Virus record (IMG/VR): IMGVR_UViG_3300030110_003801
Location: 64,734 to 128,733 of that record
DNA from: a virus
Reading direction: 5' to 3' (one strand)
DNA length: 64,000 nt
Both the position numbers and the translations under genes were made by a program. Under the pieces are notes generated by a model. The model had not been told where the DNA came from and searched no databases. It saw only the letters and a program-made list of their open reading frames with translations. Positions 1 to 10,264 of this stretch are shown here, piece after piece. How positions within the stretch are numbered: position 1 is the first letter of the stretch; the number at the start of each line of letters is the position of its first letter.

Positions 1-61
1 TGTTTTGCGCTACTGTGTTTTTACTCGGGTCTAACCAAGACTTTGAACTGTATGTTGACAT
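1..61 (-). CDS. 5' start of a gene running off the window (MSTYSSKSWLDPSKNTVAQN...)
   Basis: ATG at 61, open to position 1, co-oriented just downstream of 74..784. Confidence 0.45.
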   Translation of the reverse strand, partial: MSTYSSKSWLDPSKNTVAQN

Positions 62-73
62 GTTAAAAATTTT

Positions 74-784
74 TTATACTTCTTCTATTCTACTTAATAT
101 CGCCTCTCTCAAGGTGTCGTCTGATGCGATTTTCGCAATAGACTTAGGTTCGCTATTGCCTAAAGATACTTTAGTCTTGTTGAGGTTTGCCTCAAACAAA
201 AATCCTTTCTTTAGTATAACTCCTTTATTTAGTGCCTCCTTAAAAACAGCAGTGTTTGCAATTTCAGGAGTATCTGCTTTATCGTTAAAATCTCTATACT
301 GTAGCCTAGCATATTCCAAAACTGTAGCATGCTGAACCTCCGGGTCTTCATCAAAACAACCAACGTATAGAGCCATTTGTTTTAGTTTATCTCCTGTGCC
401 ATAAAGCTCAAGAGCATAATTTTCTGCTTTATTTCTTTCTTTAGTTTCCTCTATCGCTACCTTAGCGTCTCTCTTAAGGTTGTATTCGTAAAACATTCCC
501 TCTCTATCACAGATAGGACTTCCTTTACAATACGGAGAGTTTTTAAGGAACTCAACAAAACTTCTTCCTTCAACATCTTTTTTGTTTAAAGGAATGGTAA
601 TCATTCTTTTACCGGCAGGAAATTTTATTAATGCAAGGACATCCCTACCGTCTCTTTTGTCCACAACTAGCTTTTGTTCTTCGCCATTTTCGTCGTTATA
701 TTTAGCAGTAAATTGCCATAACGCTGTTCTTGGCTCGTGCAATACAAATTTTGCAAATCTTTTCTTAATCTTTCTTTGTGACAT
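74..784 (-). CDS. Hypothetical phage protein downstream of the major capsid gene
   Basis: 236-aa ORF in the head operon; no motif recognised. Confidence 0.75.
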   Translation of the reverse strand: MSQRKIKKRFAKFVLHEPRTALWQFTAKYNDENGEEQKLVVDKRDGRDVLALIKFPAGKRMITIPLNKKDVEGRSFVEFLKNSPYCKGSPICDREGMFYEYNLKRDAKVAIEETKERNKAENYALELYGTGDKLKQMALYVGCFDEDPEVQHATVLEYARLQYRDFNDKADTPEIANTAVFKEALNKGVILKKGFLFEANLNKTKVSLGNSEPKSIAKIASDDTLREAILSRIEEV

Positions 785-818
785 TTCTTATTTTTTTTTG
801 TGTTTCTTATTATTACTT

Positions 819-849
819 AAAAAAGAGGGAGAGCAGAACCCTCCCCCCT
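819..849 (-). terminator. Intrinsic terminator after the major capsid gene
   Basis: Minus strand G-rich/C-rich hairpin (GGGGGGAG...CTCTCCCT) followed by a T tract. Confidence 0.65.
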
Positions 850-865
850 AACAATTATGGAAAAA

Positions 866-2281
866 TTATGCACTAATAGAGTAAAGCGCTCCGTGCTGAT
901 TTAAGTTTCTAACACAAACAGCGATGTCTGACAACATGTGAGTTGCAACACCATCTTTTCCGTTAGCTACCTTAGCAGTATCGCCCATCATTCCGTCTTC
1001 ATACTTATACATGAACTTTCTTTGCTGACCATCAAGCTCCTTGTACTTAAGAGAAATTAATTTATTTCCTCTTTGAGAACCAAGGTTTAGCCACAATGAG
1101 AAGTTAGAATAATTGATTTTAGTTGCTGTAGGGTCACCTGTGTGAGGTAAAGTTTGAGCATCATCAAACGTTGGGTAGTGTACAAAGTGAATTGTACAAT
1201 CCATAAATTTGTATGCGTTTAATGAAATACCAACCATGTTTGCGCTTCCAAAAGAACCATAGTTAATAGCTCCTCCTGTATGGTACTCCTTTAATGCAGC
1301 GTGTGCATCAGACAAAAACTCCATTCCACAGAAAACAACATACTCAGTTGCAGGAGAAGAAATTCTCAATGCAGTAATGTGAGCCTGAATAGCAGCTTCA
1401 TTAACACCACCTGCATACTGAGAAGTAATACCTCCACTTGCTTTAAGGATTGCAGTAACAATACCCTCAGTAGTTTGAGTATCAGTTCCACTTGCAGAAA
1501 GATGCTCGAACATAATAGTGTTCTCTCTATCTCTAGCGAACTCATCCATTTCGATTAACTCTTGCTCGTAAGCCCAAGATTTACCACCGTTTAAGTAAGT
1601 TCTGTTAGTAAGTGCTTTACCTGAAATGTAAGTAGAACGTCTTGTAACCTGTAATTGGTTGTATCTTTCGTTCGGTAAGTAAAGACGACCTTGTGGTGCG
1701 TCAGAGTACTCTCCGAAAACACTTCCGATATGTCCAATTTGGTCTCCGTTAGCAATATCTTCAACCCCTGATGGGTTAATGTTAGTTGAGCCTACCGAAG
1801 CATCATAATTAACTTTAGTTATGGTAATAGTCTGAACACCACCTGCTTCAGCAACATTAGTAACTCTAAAAGAAGTACCTGTTTCACTTCTAACAGTATC
1901 TCCTACTAGGAAGTAACCATCTCCGGCAGCCGCTGCTGTGAAGTCTGTTGAAACAGTAACAGAGGCTGCATTAGCTCCTGATAAAGTACTAATTTCAGTA
2001 ATTGTTGCTCCTAAACGAGTTCTGTCCATTTCAGACCAAGAAAATACATCTTGTCCGATTCCTTCGTATCTACCAATTCTCTCAAGGATAGCAGTAGCTA
2101 AATACTGAGGATACTGATAAGATAAAAAGTCTGAATGCTCAGGCTCTAAAATACCTGATGCGAAAATATAACCACCTTCTCCTCTACCGATTCTTACGTC
2201 AGCAGCTTGAGAGGTTGATTTTGCCGCTTTACCTGTTGATATAGCGTCAATTTGTCCTTGACTTGGATTTCCAAATGCCAT
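866..2281 (-). CDS. Major capsid protein
   Basis: 471 aa; follows scaffold and portal, ends in a terminator; capsid-like segments (N..Q..R, ENTIMF, TTEGIVTAI). Confidence 0.8.
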   Translation of the reverse strand: MAFGNPSQGQIDAISTGKAAKSTSQAADVRIGRGEGGYIFASGILEPEHSDFLSYQYPQYLATAILERIGRYEGIGQDVFSWSEMDRTRLGATITEISTLSGANAASVTVSTDFTAAAAGDGYFLVGDTVRSETGTSFRVTNVAEAGGVQTITITKVNYDASVGSTNINPSGVEDIANGDQIGHIGSVFGEYSDAPQGRLYLPNERYNQLQVTRRSTYISGKALTNRTYLNGGKSWAYEQELIEMDEFARDRENTIMFEHLSASGTDTQTTEGIVTAILKASGGITSQYAGGVNEAAIQAHITALRISSPATEYVVFCGMEFLSDAHAALKEYHTGGAINYGSFGSANMVGISLNAYKFMDCTIHFVHYPTFDDAQTLPHTGDPTATKINYSNFSLWLNLGSQRGNKLISLKYKELDGQQRKFMYKYEDGMMGDTAKVANGKDGVATHMLSDIAVCVRNLNQHGALYSISA

Positions 2282-2305
2282 GATTAAAAAATTTTAATTA
2301 ATAAA

Positions 2306-3481
2306 TTATTTTGGACCACCCTTTTTCAAATCGTTGAAATAATCTCCAAACGCTGTGGTCTCTTTTTTCGTTGGAGCTACAAACTGTCCGTTATTACTTC
2401 TTACCTGTGGATTAGAAGCTTCATCGAAGACTTCTTTTTTCCCCTTATTAGTGGCTCTTGAAATATTAACTTTCATTATCTCTTTTATGTTCGACAACAG
2501 ATAGGCGTTTTCAACCATGCGTTTATGGTCAGGCTTGCCGTCTGTGTAAAACAAGTTTTTCATAAAGTTTCCGGTAGTGAGTTCATCATATAAACTCTTC
2601 TTCTTTCCTGATGTCAACTTAACTCCATAAAGAGAGTCAATAGAATCTAAAGAAGAACGAATCTTAGCATCAGTGTCGATTTTTTTCTTAGCAGCGTCCT
2701 GTCTAATCTTGTCCATCGCCTGTTGTTGCTCTTGATTGAGTTGGGTTCTAATTTGGTCAGCTTGGAGCCTTTTTTGTACAGGGTCCATATCTGCCATATA
2801 CTTATTCATGTTTTCAACATCATCACCAAAAACAGGTTTAAGTTGAATAGCGGCTATTAGCTCGTCGTCTCCAACTAAACTCCAATCGGTTTGGCTTAAT
2901 CCTAAAAATTCTTGATAATCCCCACCGTTCTTAGCGATTTCGTTAGCTTGAGCAAGTCTTTCATCTGCAAACTGAGGTTCCTTAGAAAGTTCTTCAACCT
3001 TCTGCTTGTACTCCTCGTTTTGCTGACGAATAGTTTCAAACTCCTTAACAATGTCTCCCTCTCTTCCTGATTCTATTCCTAAAGCTTTGCTTAAAGTTGA
3101 ATAGTCAACCGAGGAGGTTTCTTCGTTAGTAGTTGTAGCGCCCTCGCTGTCGTCATCCCACCAATTTTTTTCTTCAATACCGTCAGAACTTCCACTATCA
3201 TCAGACTCCTCATTTTGAGAATTATTGTCCTCGATAGAATTTTCAGCGTTGCTGTTATCTAATTCTTGAGTGGATTCTTCGTTCTTTGGCTGTTCTTGAG
3301 CCTCTTGTGTTTCTTGTGTTTCTTGAGGTTCTTGCGAACTAGCTTCTGAAGTTTCTTGGTTACTTGACTGCTCTTCTTGAGCTGAGGTTTCTTGTGATTG
3401 CGTTTCTTGTGAAGCGTTTGACTCAACATTGGAGCCTTGCTTTGCAAGCATATCCGCAATCGGATTTTCACTTTGTTCCAT
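2306..3481 (-). CDS. Capsid scaffolding/assembly protein
   Basis: Acidic low-complexity N-terminus, helical C-terminus, directly upstream of the capsid gene. Confidence 0.6.
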   Translation of the reverse strand: MEQSENPIADMLAKQGSNVESNASQETQSQETSAQEEQSSNQETSEASSQEPQETQETQEAQEQPKNEESTQELDNSNAENSIEDNNSQNEESDDSGSSDGIEEKNWWDDDSEGATTTNEETSSVDYSTLSKALGIESGREGDIVKEFETIRQQNEEYKQKVEELSKEPQFADERLAQANEIAKNGGDYQEFLGLSQTDWSLVGDDELIAAIQLKPVFGDDVENMNKYMADMDPVQKRLQADQIRTQLNQEQQQAMDKIRQDAAKKKIDTDAKIRSSLDSIDSLYGVKLTSGKKKSLYDELTTGNFMKNLFYTDGKPDHKRMVENAYLLSNIKEIMKVNISRATNKGKKEVFDEASNPQVRSNNGQFVAPTKKETTAFGDYFNDLKKGGPK

Positions 3482-3525
3482 TATTATCCGTTTTAAATAT
3501 ACAAATTATTACTTATGCGTTGCAA

Positions 3526-3810
3526 CTATTTTTTGTTTCTTTTAGCCTTCTGACGCTCTATGTAAGCGTTAGCGGACCTCATACTCTTACTTGGTTGTTG
3601 AGCAACATGTGTTATTATTGACACTTGCTCTTTTGGTTGACCAACATTAGCTTTTGGGTCTGCCGAAACAGATTTAGTTGCTTTCTTTTTAATTGCTTTC
3701 TTAACTCCTGCCGCCACACCTTTAGATGTATCTACAGTTTCTCCACCAACTTTAATAGTTGATTTTTTCTTACTTGTTACTTTCTTTTTAGTTGTTGCTT
3801 TCTTTTCCAT
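3526..3810 (-). CDS. Small Lys-rich basic protein
   Basis: 94 aa, K-rich, in the head operon. Confidence 0.7.
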   Translation of the reverse strand: MEKKATTKKKVTSKKKSTIKVGGETVDTSKGVAAGVKKAIKKKATKSVSADPKANVGQPKEQVSIITHVAQQPSKSMRSANAYIERQKAKRNKK

Positions 3811-3829
3811 TTTACTTATTATTTATTGA

Positions 3830-4438
3830 CTATTTCTTTTTCTTCTTTAATCTATTTGGTCTTTTAGTTCCGAAAGCAGCTCCTTTGATATTTGCTTTCA
3901 TACGGTCTTTATATTTAGTAACGTCAAGTCCTTTTTTAGTAATCTTATCTCCTATTCTGTGAGTTTTCTCATTAGTATAAGATTCACTTATCTCGTTATG
4001 AGACTTACTTGCAAACATTTTTGTATCAGTACCACCGTACTTACCCTTAACTTTTTTAGTCTTCCATTTAGCGTCAAAATAAGCATCATTCCTTGCTTTT
4101 TCTAACTGCTTATCAGTCATTTTTAATGCTTTCTCTTCAGCGGTTTGAGTGGTGTACCTCTTACCGTTGTACATGAAGGTCTTCTTCCCGCTTTTCCTAG
4201 CTGTAGAAAAGGCATTTCTGAAAGTTTGTTTCTTAATTACAGGCTTCTTAGCTACAACCTTCTTAGCCTTAGCTACAACCTTCTTAGCCTTAGCTACAGG
4301 CTTCTTAGCTACAGGCTTCTTAGCTACAGGCTTCTTAGCTACAACCTTCTTAGCCTTAGCTACAACCTTCTTAGCTACAACCTTCTTGGTTGTGGTTTTT
4401 TTCTTTTCAGGTTTTTTATAATTAACTCCTCCGGGCAT
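3830..4438 (-). CDS. Histone H1-like basic protein with AKKVV/AKKPV repeats
   Basis: Pentapeptide repeats encoded by tandem DNA repeats at ~4240-4386. Confidence 0.75.
   Translation of the reverse strand: MPGGVNYKKPEKKKTTTKKVVAKKVVAKAKKVVAKKPVAKKPVAKKPVAKAKKVVAKAKKVVAKKPVIKKQTFRNAFSTARKSGKKTFMYNGKRYTTQTAEEKALKMTDKQLEKARNDAYFDAKWKTKKVKGKYGGTDTKMFASKSHNEISESYTNEKTHRIGDKITKKGLDVTKYKDRMKANIKGAAFGTKRPNRLKKKKK
4240..4386. repeat. Coding tandem repeats (15/21-nt units, TTCTTAGCTACA core)
   Basis: Directly visible repeat array. Confidence 0.9.
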
Positions 4439-4472
4439 AGCTTATCGTTTTTTAATTATTGCTTTTTTCTTA

Positions 4473-5075
4473 CTATTTATTTCCTGTTTTTTTCTTTTTA
4501 GCTCTAGCTTTTGCTTCAGCCATTCTCTTCTTTTTCAAAGCCTCTTGATAAGTCGTCCTAGTAGTATTTCCTACAAAATTAGTTCTTGTTGACTTTACCC
4601 CTGTTTTACTTGGTCCCGGAATTTTATTGTTAGCAGCAGCAGCCCTTTTCTTAGCAATCTGTTGTTTTTGAGCTACAGTCTTTTTTGGTTTAGGCTTGTC
4701 AGGTTGGGATACTTTATATTTTTTAGCTTCAGTAACAGCTTTCTTTTTAGCTTTGGCTTTAGCTTCAGCCATTTTCTTCTTTTTCAAAGCCTCTTGATAA
4801 GATGCTCTTGTCCGATGTCCTCTTACCCCTGTTTTACTTGGTCCCGGTATTTTATTGTCAGAAGCAGCAGCTCTTTTTTTAGCTATTTGTTTTTTTTGGG
4901 CTACAGTTTTTGTTGTAGATTTTTGTTTTGTACCCATCTCGTTCTTCTTCTGCTTTGACTTAATAGCTTTCTGTTTGTCTCTCAAAGCTTTTTTCTTAGC
5001 CTCTTCTCTTTTCTTGGCTTCTCTTTTTTTTGCTAGCGCTTTCCTTTTAGCGGCTACTGTTTTTGGGTCCGGCAT
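4473..5075 (-). CDS. Lys/Ala-rich basic protein with an internal duplication
   Basis: KTVAQK.QIAKKRAAA..NKIPGPSKTGV...YQEALKKK.MAEAKA occurs twice. Confidence 0.75.
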   Translation of the reverse strand: MPDPKTVAAKRKALAKKREAKKREEAKKKALRDKQKAIKSKQKKNEMGTKQKSTTKTVAQKKQIAKKRAAASDNKIPGPSKTGVRGHRTRASYQEALKKKKMAEAKAKAKKKAVTEAKKYKVSQPDKPKPKKTVAQKQQIAKKRAAAANNKIPGPSKTGVKSTRTNFVGNTTRTTYQEALKKKRMAEAKARAKKKKTGNK

Positions 5076-5079
5076 AATG

Positions 5080-7203
5080 TTATCCTTTTAAACGTTCTTT
5101 TAATACAGTCTCTTTCATCCTGTTTTGATGACCTTGTTCAGAGCTTTGTGCAAGTCTCTGACCTTTCATTTGTTCTTCAGCCATTTTCATTTGCTGTTGT
5201 TGTTGCATCATTTGCTGTTGGCTTTGCGCCCTTGCCTGCTCTTGCTGTTGCATAGCTTGCATTTCAGCTCCCTGTCGTTCCTTATTTCTCTTATCTATAA
5301 TTCTCTTTAACTTTCTTATTGCATAATCTACGTCTTTAGAATCTCTTATAAAGTCTAAAGCATCAGATATATTTATTTCTTTAGTTTGGATAGCCGCAGT
5401 TAGCATTTCTTGGAACTGCCTAGCTTCACTTAACATAGGAGGAATGACCTCTATGAAAACACCATAATCGTTTAGGTGTAGGTCAATATCACTGTTAAGA
5501 AAATCTACAGCCGAATCCCCAATTATAGGAGCAAAAATATCCTTGTCGTGTCCGTAAGTTATCTTTACAAGACCCGCAAGATTATTCATTATCTCTTCGC
5601 TAAAAGCGTTAAAAGCAGAGAACATTGGCTCTGTAGATGTTTGTGAAGACATTATTGCCGACTGCGTAACACCTACGGCTTGTGAGGCGGGAGTGTTACC
5701 CATTCTTTCAGCATTAATACCCGAAACCTCATTCATCTCTTCGTCAATCATTCGGCTAAAAGTAATGTACTGACCAATAGATTGAGAAAGAGTCATGTCA
5801 AACTCATTAAAAGCTTGACCGGGCGAATGAATTCCATCCTTTTTAGAATTGTAAACACCTATACCTGAAGTCTTTAGGTAATAAAGTACTTCTTCTATAT
5901 TCCACCCTTCAGGAATCTGAGAGATGTCATACATAAATCCTTTAGAGCCTGCTCTGTTCATAGCTAACTGCATGTTATACAGAGCTATATTCTTGAACTT
6001 TTGAAGACCCTTCATTAGGTCAACTTTAGACACGCTTTTGTTATTGGTAAAACCATGACAAAGCGAGGAGTAGGAGGATTTTGTGTCGTATATATCATCG
6101 ACACTTCTTGGCATATTCTCCCTAAAACCAAAATTCCGCACCACGCAACCTCCTATAAGAGAACCCTTTCTCCAAGCTTTAATATCCTTTTGGACACAAT
6201 CTTTTCCTTTGTAGTTATCTTTAACCTTTTTATAGTGTTCGTTTCCGAATTTATCTACTGACTTTTTACGCTTAAGCCTCTTAGTATCAAGCCATTCTGC
6301 GTGAAAAACCAATACCTTCATGTCACTGCCCGATCCGGTGACATATTCTAAGGTTGTTTCAGAGCTATTGTTCAAAAAGTTATTGACTTCGCTTGAGCCT
6401 ACGTTTTGTATCTCTTCAACTTCTTTTTTAGTAAGGTTATATATTTGTTTAGCGTCTGCTAATGGAATGTATTGTATCTCTCCGAATCGAGTGCTGTCTG
6501 AAAGGAAATCATCTTTACAGCTTTCATCAAAGACCATGTATCTTGGGTCAATTCTTCTGTATGTTGGTAGTCCGTTTATTATTTCTGTTTTAACAAAACA
6601 CCTACCTGTTATGATTAAATCTTTGTAAACGTCTAACCTAACCATTTCCCACTTGTACTTCCTGATTAAGTATCTTAAAGCCGCCTCCATAACTAATTCC
6701 GACTTCCCTTTGTACTCGGTAGCCATAAAATCATCAAGCTCCTCTTCAGTCTCAGGCAGGTTTTCCACGGGAGCAGTAGGCAAACCCGAAGCAAACTCTA
6801 ACTCTTCCAAGTCTTCTTTAATATGAATTTTACCTAGCTTTTGATTTCTTATTTTTAGCTTTTCAGCTATAGCGTCTTTATTTATAGCTTTAGCTTGCAC
6901 TTGAAATCCTTTGGCACTTAACTCGCCAATAAGGGTATCTACTTTAACTCTAATCTTGTTGTAATTAATCCAAATAGCAGGAAGAGTGTCGCCATTGTCG
7001 GATTCTTGTAGGAAGTTTACTTCTTCAGTGGTTTGGGTTCCATCATAAAAATCATAAGACTCTTGCATAGTCCTATAAGAGAACTCATAACGCCCATCTA
7101 CAGCGTCGTTAATAATCCCTTTGATAAAATCTTTGTGCCACTGCTCGTCTTTCTTTGAGTCAGGTAAAGATAAATCAGGGTACCCGTCTGAGAATCTACC
7201 CAT
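5080..7203 (-). CDS. Portal protein
   Basis: 707 aa after TerL; YDFYDG, NYNKIRVKVDTLIGE, DLIITG, EVSGINAERMG and a Q-rich coiled-coil tail typical of podovirus/crAss-like portals. Confidence 0.85.
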   Translation of the reverse strand: MGRFSDGYPDLSLPDSKKDEQWHKDFIKGIINDAVDGRYEFSYRTMQESYDFYDGTQTTEEVNFLQESDNGDTLPAIWINYNKIRVKVDTLIGELSAKGFQVQAKAINKDAIAEKLKIRNQKLGKIHIKEDLEELEFASGLPTAPVENLPETEEELDDFMATEYKGKSELVMEAALRYLIRKYKWEMVRLDVYKDLIITGRCFVKTEIINGLPTYRRIDPRYMVFDESCKDDFLSDSTRFGEIQYIPLADAKQIYNLTKKEVEEIQNVGSSEVNNFLNNSSETTLEYVTGSGSDMKVLVFHAEWLDTKRLKRKKSVDKFGNEHYKKVKDNYKGKDCVQKDIKAWRKGSLIGGCVVRNFGFRENMPRSVDDIYDTKSSYSSLCHGFTNNKSVSKVDLMKGLQKFKNIALYNMQLAMNRAGSKGFMYDISQIPEGWNIEEVLYYLKTSGIGVYNSKKDGIHSPGQAFNEFDMTLSQSIGQYITFSRMIDEEMNEVSGINAERMGNTPASQAVGVTQSAIMSSQTSTEPMFSAFNAFSEEIMNNLAGLVKITYGHDKDIFAPIIGDSAVDFLNSDIDLHLNDYGVFIEVIPPMLSEARQFQEMLTAAIQTKEINISDALDFIRDSKDVDYAIRKLKRIIDKRNKERQGAEMQAMQQQEQARAQSQQQMMQQQQQMKMAEEQMKGQRLAQSSEQGHQNRMKETVLKERLKG

Positions 7204-7261
7204 TATGTAAAAGCCTTTTCAAGTGAGGAATTTCAAAAAAGAAATTCGTTACAATATACAA

Positions 7262-9157
7262 TTACTTTTTAACTCTAACAAGTCTGCCGTTTATTTTCCT
7301 AATTCTAGTCTTAGGAAGCGCCCTAGCTATCTCTTCTTTAGAAAAATTCTTTTGGTAAGAATCCTCTAAAGACACTAATAGCCAACCAAATGCGATAGCA
7401 CGGTCAGTATTGCTTTCTCCGTATACGAGAAATTCTTCAAGTAGTTCCTTGTCGGGTATTAAATCACAAAAATCATCTGTGTAATGATTGATGCACCTCT
7501 CCATTTCTCTTGTAGATTGAACGGTTTTTCTTACTCCTAATTGTTTAGACTGTATCTTATTAAGCTTATTTATTGCAACAGGCTCAGGCTTAAGTAGGTA
7601 CAAGTACCCTGTGTCTTCATAATACTTAATCATTCCAAACCTGTTATTCTCTATGAGTATCTTTGGGGAGTTGTAATACAGCAAAGCCATAATGGACTGT
7701 TCGTAGTAATCATTGACTCTTTCAGGTCTATCAGTATATCCAAAAACTATCTTTGGAGGTCTTGTTCCTTTTTGATGGGAGCCAATATACATAGATAACT
7801 TAGACGCTCCTTTCTGAACAAAGTCATGGTCTGCGGGGTCACAACCTGCCTCATACTCCAAAGAAGAGTTTGGCTCTTCATAGATAATACACTGACCTGA
7901 TTTATCGTAATGACTGTTTGGTTCAAAGACAACTTTAGGTTCGCTTTGATTACCCCACCTAAACCTTCCTATCTTACTGAAAGAATCTTTTTCTTCCAAA
8001 GAACTAAGTTGTTGGGAAATCTTAATCATGTTACCGATTCCTGTACCGCCTTTAGATATAAAAGCCTCTTCAGCCCACAATGGATACTGTTGCTTAAACT
8101 CTAAAAGTTTTTTGGCGTTATCAAGCTTGGCAAGTTTAACTCTTTCTTTAAGAATCCATTTAACTGCGCCTTTAATATCGTCGTTTCCGTCTTTTTGAGA
8201 CATAAGACCTGCCCAACCCGGAAAGAAGAATCTGACTAAATCGTATATCTCATAATTCTTCCAAAACTCTTTTTGACCTACTCCAACTTTTGTTTGCTCT
8301 CCTGCTGTACCAAATAAAACAGGAATACCAACTCTTTTCGTTTCCTCCATAAGCGTGGGGACTCCCATAGACCAAATGGTTTCTATATTGGAAATCTTAC
8401 CTACCTCATCAACAACCATCTTACCTATCTGCTCTCCCTCAAAGCAAGAGTCCGTTGGAGCTTTACAATAGATTTCAGATTCGTTTCCGGATAAAGTCCT
8501 TTGCCCTAAAGCGTCCTCGTCCTTTCTAGCAAGTACAAACGTTTCCTGTGTTTTAGAAGAGAATGGGTGTTTTAAGAATGTTGGTAGCCGTTCATACATC
8601 TGATAAACCTTAGTCATCAAATCTTTGGCTGACGTTTCATCTTTAGATGTCATTCCAACTCTAAAGCCTTCTTTGAACAAAGCATCGTGTAAAGAATCAG
8701 CGGCTTGTTTCCAAGAGTAACCTCCTCGCCTTCTCTTAACGCAAATAATACCTTGTCCTTGATTGTATTCACCCCACTCACAGCTTTCTAGTATATGATA
8801 CCAAATAATATCGCTAACCCTAAAATCCGGTCTAATGAATCCTCCTGAAATGTTTTTTATAGAGCAGAAATGGTAATAGAAGTACATCTTACCCGGAATA
8901 CCATCGTGTCCTTGCTCACACCTACGAAGAAGTTCAAATTCCCACTTTTTTTTAAGCAGGTCGTTAGAGAATTTTATTTGAACACCCTTGCTATCGTAGA
9001 ATTTATTGTTATTCCAATGTCTTTTGTAAAGACCTTTAGTCCAACGAGGAAAATATTTTTCGGCTTCATTAACGTAATTGTCAATGTCCTCTTCAGATTT
9101 TATTTTTGGCAGGTCGTAGTACTGATACTTCCAACCTTTATCAACTTGAAAGTTCAT
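7262..9157 (-). CDS. terL: Terminase large subunit
   Basis: Walker A-like KRRRGGYSW, Walker B MVVDEVG, motif III FGTAG, nuclease GCDP, ENN and DRAIA. Confidence 0.92.
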   Translation of the reverse strand: MNFQVDKGWKYQYYDLPKIKSEEDIDNYVNEAEKYFPRWTKGLYKRHWNNNKFYDSKGVQIKFSNDLLKKKWEFELLRRCEQGHDGIPGKMYFYYHFCSIKNISGGFIRPDFRVSDIIWYHILESCEWGEYNQGQGIICVKRRRGGYSWKQAADSLHDALFKEGFRVGMTSKDETSAKDLMTKVYQMYERLPTFLKHPFSSKTQETFVLARKDEDALGQRTLSGNESEIYCKAPTDSCFEGEQIGKMVVDEVGKISNIETIWSMGVPTLMEETKRVGIPVLFGTAGEQTKVGVGQKEFWKNYEIYDLVRFFFPGWAGLMSQKDGNDDIKGAVKWILKERVKLAKLDNAKKLLEFKQQYPLWAEEAFISKGGTGIGNMIKISQQLSSLEEKDSFSKIGRFRWGNQSEPKVVFEPNSHYDKSGQCIIYEEPNSSLEYEAGCDPADHDFVQKGASKLSMYIGSHQKGTRPPKIVFGYTDRPERVNDYYEQSIMALLYYNSPKILIENNRFGMIKYYEDTGYLYLLKPEPVAINKLNKIQSKQLGVRKTVQSTREMERCINHYTDDFCDLIPDKELLEEFLVYGESNTDRAIAFGWLLVSLEDSYQKNFSKEEIARALPKTRIRKINGRLVRVKK

Positions 9158-9683
9158 CTTTCATTTTTTTAGTTTCCATATACAGCTCTAAGGCTGTTTT
9201 TGGCGTTCCTTCTTCGTCTGATTCAAACTTCTCTCTGTATCCGACTATTTCCTCTAACTCTTTTATTCTCTTTGCGTGAGACGGCATTTTATCGAAAACC
9301 TTTATCGCCCTATCCTCTTCTCTGTCTGTCTTGTTCTTTTTCTTTAACTGCTCCCTCCACTCATCCATTTGTGCCTTCATAGCAATAAGGGACTCCATAT
9401 CCTCATCATACTGAATCTCTACATACTTAGATATCCCTTTTTTAAGGACATTTTTGTGCCTGCTAAAGAAAGTGCCTATAGTGGATTTGTTTATGTACTC
9501 TAAAGAAATTAGAACTTGCTCCTTCCTTTGTTCAAATGGAAGACGTGAGTAAGGAGAGAAGTAGTCGTACATCAAAACTATGTACTTCATAACCTTGTCG
9601 CTACAACTCTTAAACTCAGGTATAGCGTCAATACTGTCGTTTACCTCTCTTATTTTTTTTCCGTGAACTACTTTGAATATCAT
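9141..9683 (-). CDS. Putative terminase small subunit
   Basis: 180-aa helical protein overlapping the terL start; positional call. Confidence 0.45.
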   Translation of the reverse strand: MIFKVVHGKKIREVNDSIDAIPEFKSCSDKVMKYIVLMYDYFSPYSRLPFEQRKEQVLISLEYINKSTIGTFFSRHKNVLKKGISKYVEIQYDEDMESLIAMKAQMDEWREQLKKKNKTDREEDRAIKVFDKMPSHAKRIKELEEIVGYREKFESDEEGTPKTALELYMETKKMKDELSS

Positions 9684-9976
9684 TTCTTAACCGTATGGAA
9701 CATTTGTTTAGACCAAGACCAAGCAATATCTAGCTTACAGATATTTATGATTGCGTAAACAATAACCATTGGAAGAATAGGTGTTAGCAAAAACCAAAAA
9801 ACCCTTTTAGCTTTCTTTGTTGGAATGCTATCGTAGAAATATTTTAATCTCTTCGGTAGAGATAGAGAAAGGAATTTTCTTTTTTCATCATTTAATTGAT
9901 AAATTTTTTCCTGTCTGATTTGGTCTTCACCCTTGGTAGCCATTCTAGCTAACGCTCTTGCTTGTTTTCTTTCCAT
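9680..9976 (-). CDS. Small membrane protein
   Basis: One hydrophobic segment (VFWFLLTPILPMVIVYAII). Confidence 0.6.
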   Translation of the reverse strand: MERKQARALARMATKGEDQIRQEKIYQLNDEKRKFLSLSLPKRLKYFYDSIPTKKAKRVFWFLLTPILPMVIVYAIINICKLDIAWSWSKQMFHTVKK

Positions 9977-10003
9977 TTGTTTCTTGTTTTATAGTCCTTA
10001 GAC

Positions 10004-10261
10004 TTACTTCATTGACTTTTTGCCTCTACACTTCCACTTTTTTCTTGATAGAGCGTTAGCGCAAGGCGGTTTTTTACACTTCTTAATCTTAGCAGACCTA
10101 GCACAGTAAGCATCACCTTTCGCAGTTCCGGGACGAATTCTATCTCCACCGCTTTTAGCTTTACCTGCTTGACCATAAGAAACTTTTCTTGTTCTTCCTG
10201 ATTTAGTCTTAACTACTTTTACAAATCTCTTACCTTTTGCAGGTTTTTTCTTGGTAGCCAT
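10004..10261 (-). CDS. Small basic phage protein (GDAYCARS motif)
   Basis: KVSYGQ...GDAYCARS...RKKWKC, a pattern recalled from aquatic phages. Confidence 0.7.
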   Translation of the reverse strand: MATKKKPAKGKRFVKVVKTKSGRTRKVSYGQAGKAKSGGDRIRPGTAKGDAYCARSAKIKKCKKPPCANALSRKKWKCRGKKSMK

Positions 10262-10264
10262 AAG

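Noticed and set aside
4145-4501. Plus-strand ORFs with LLSY/FLAT repeats
   Set aside because: Shadow frames of the AKKVV repeat gene
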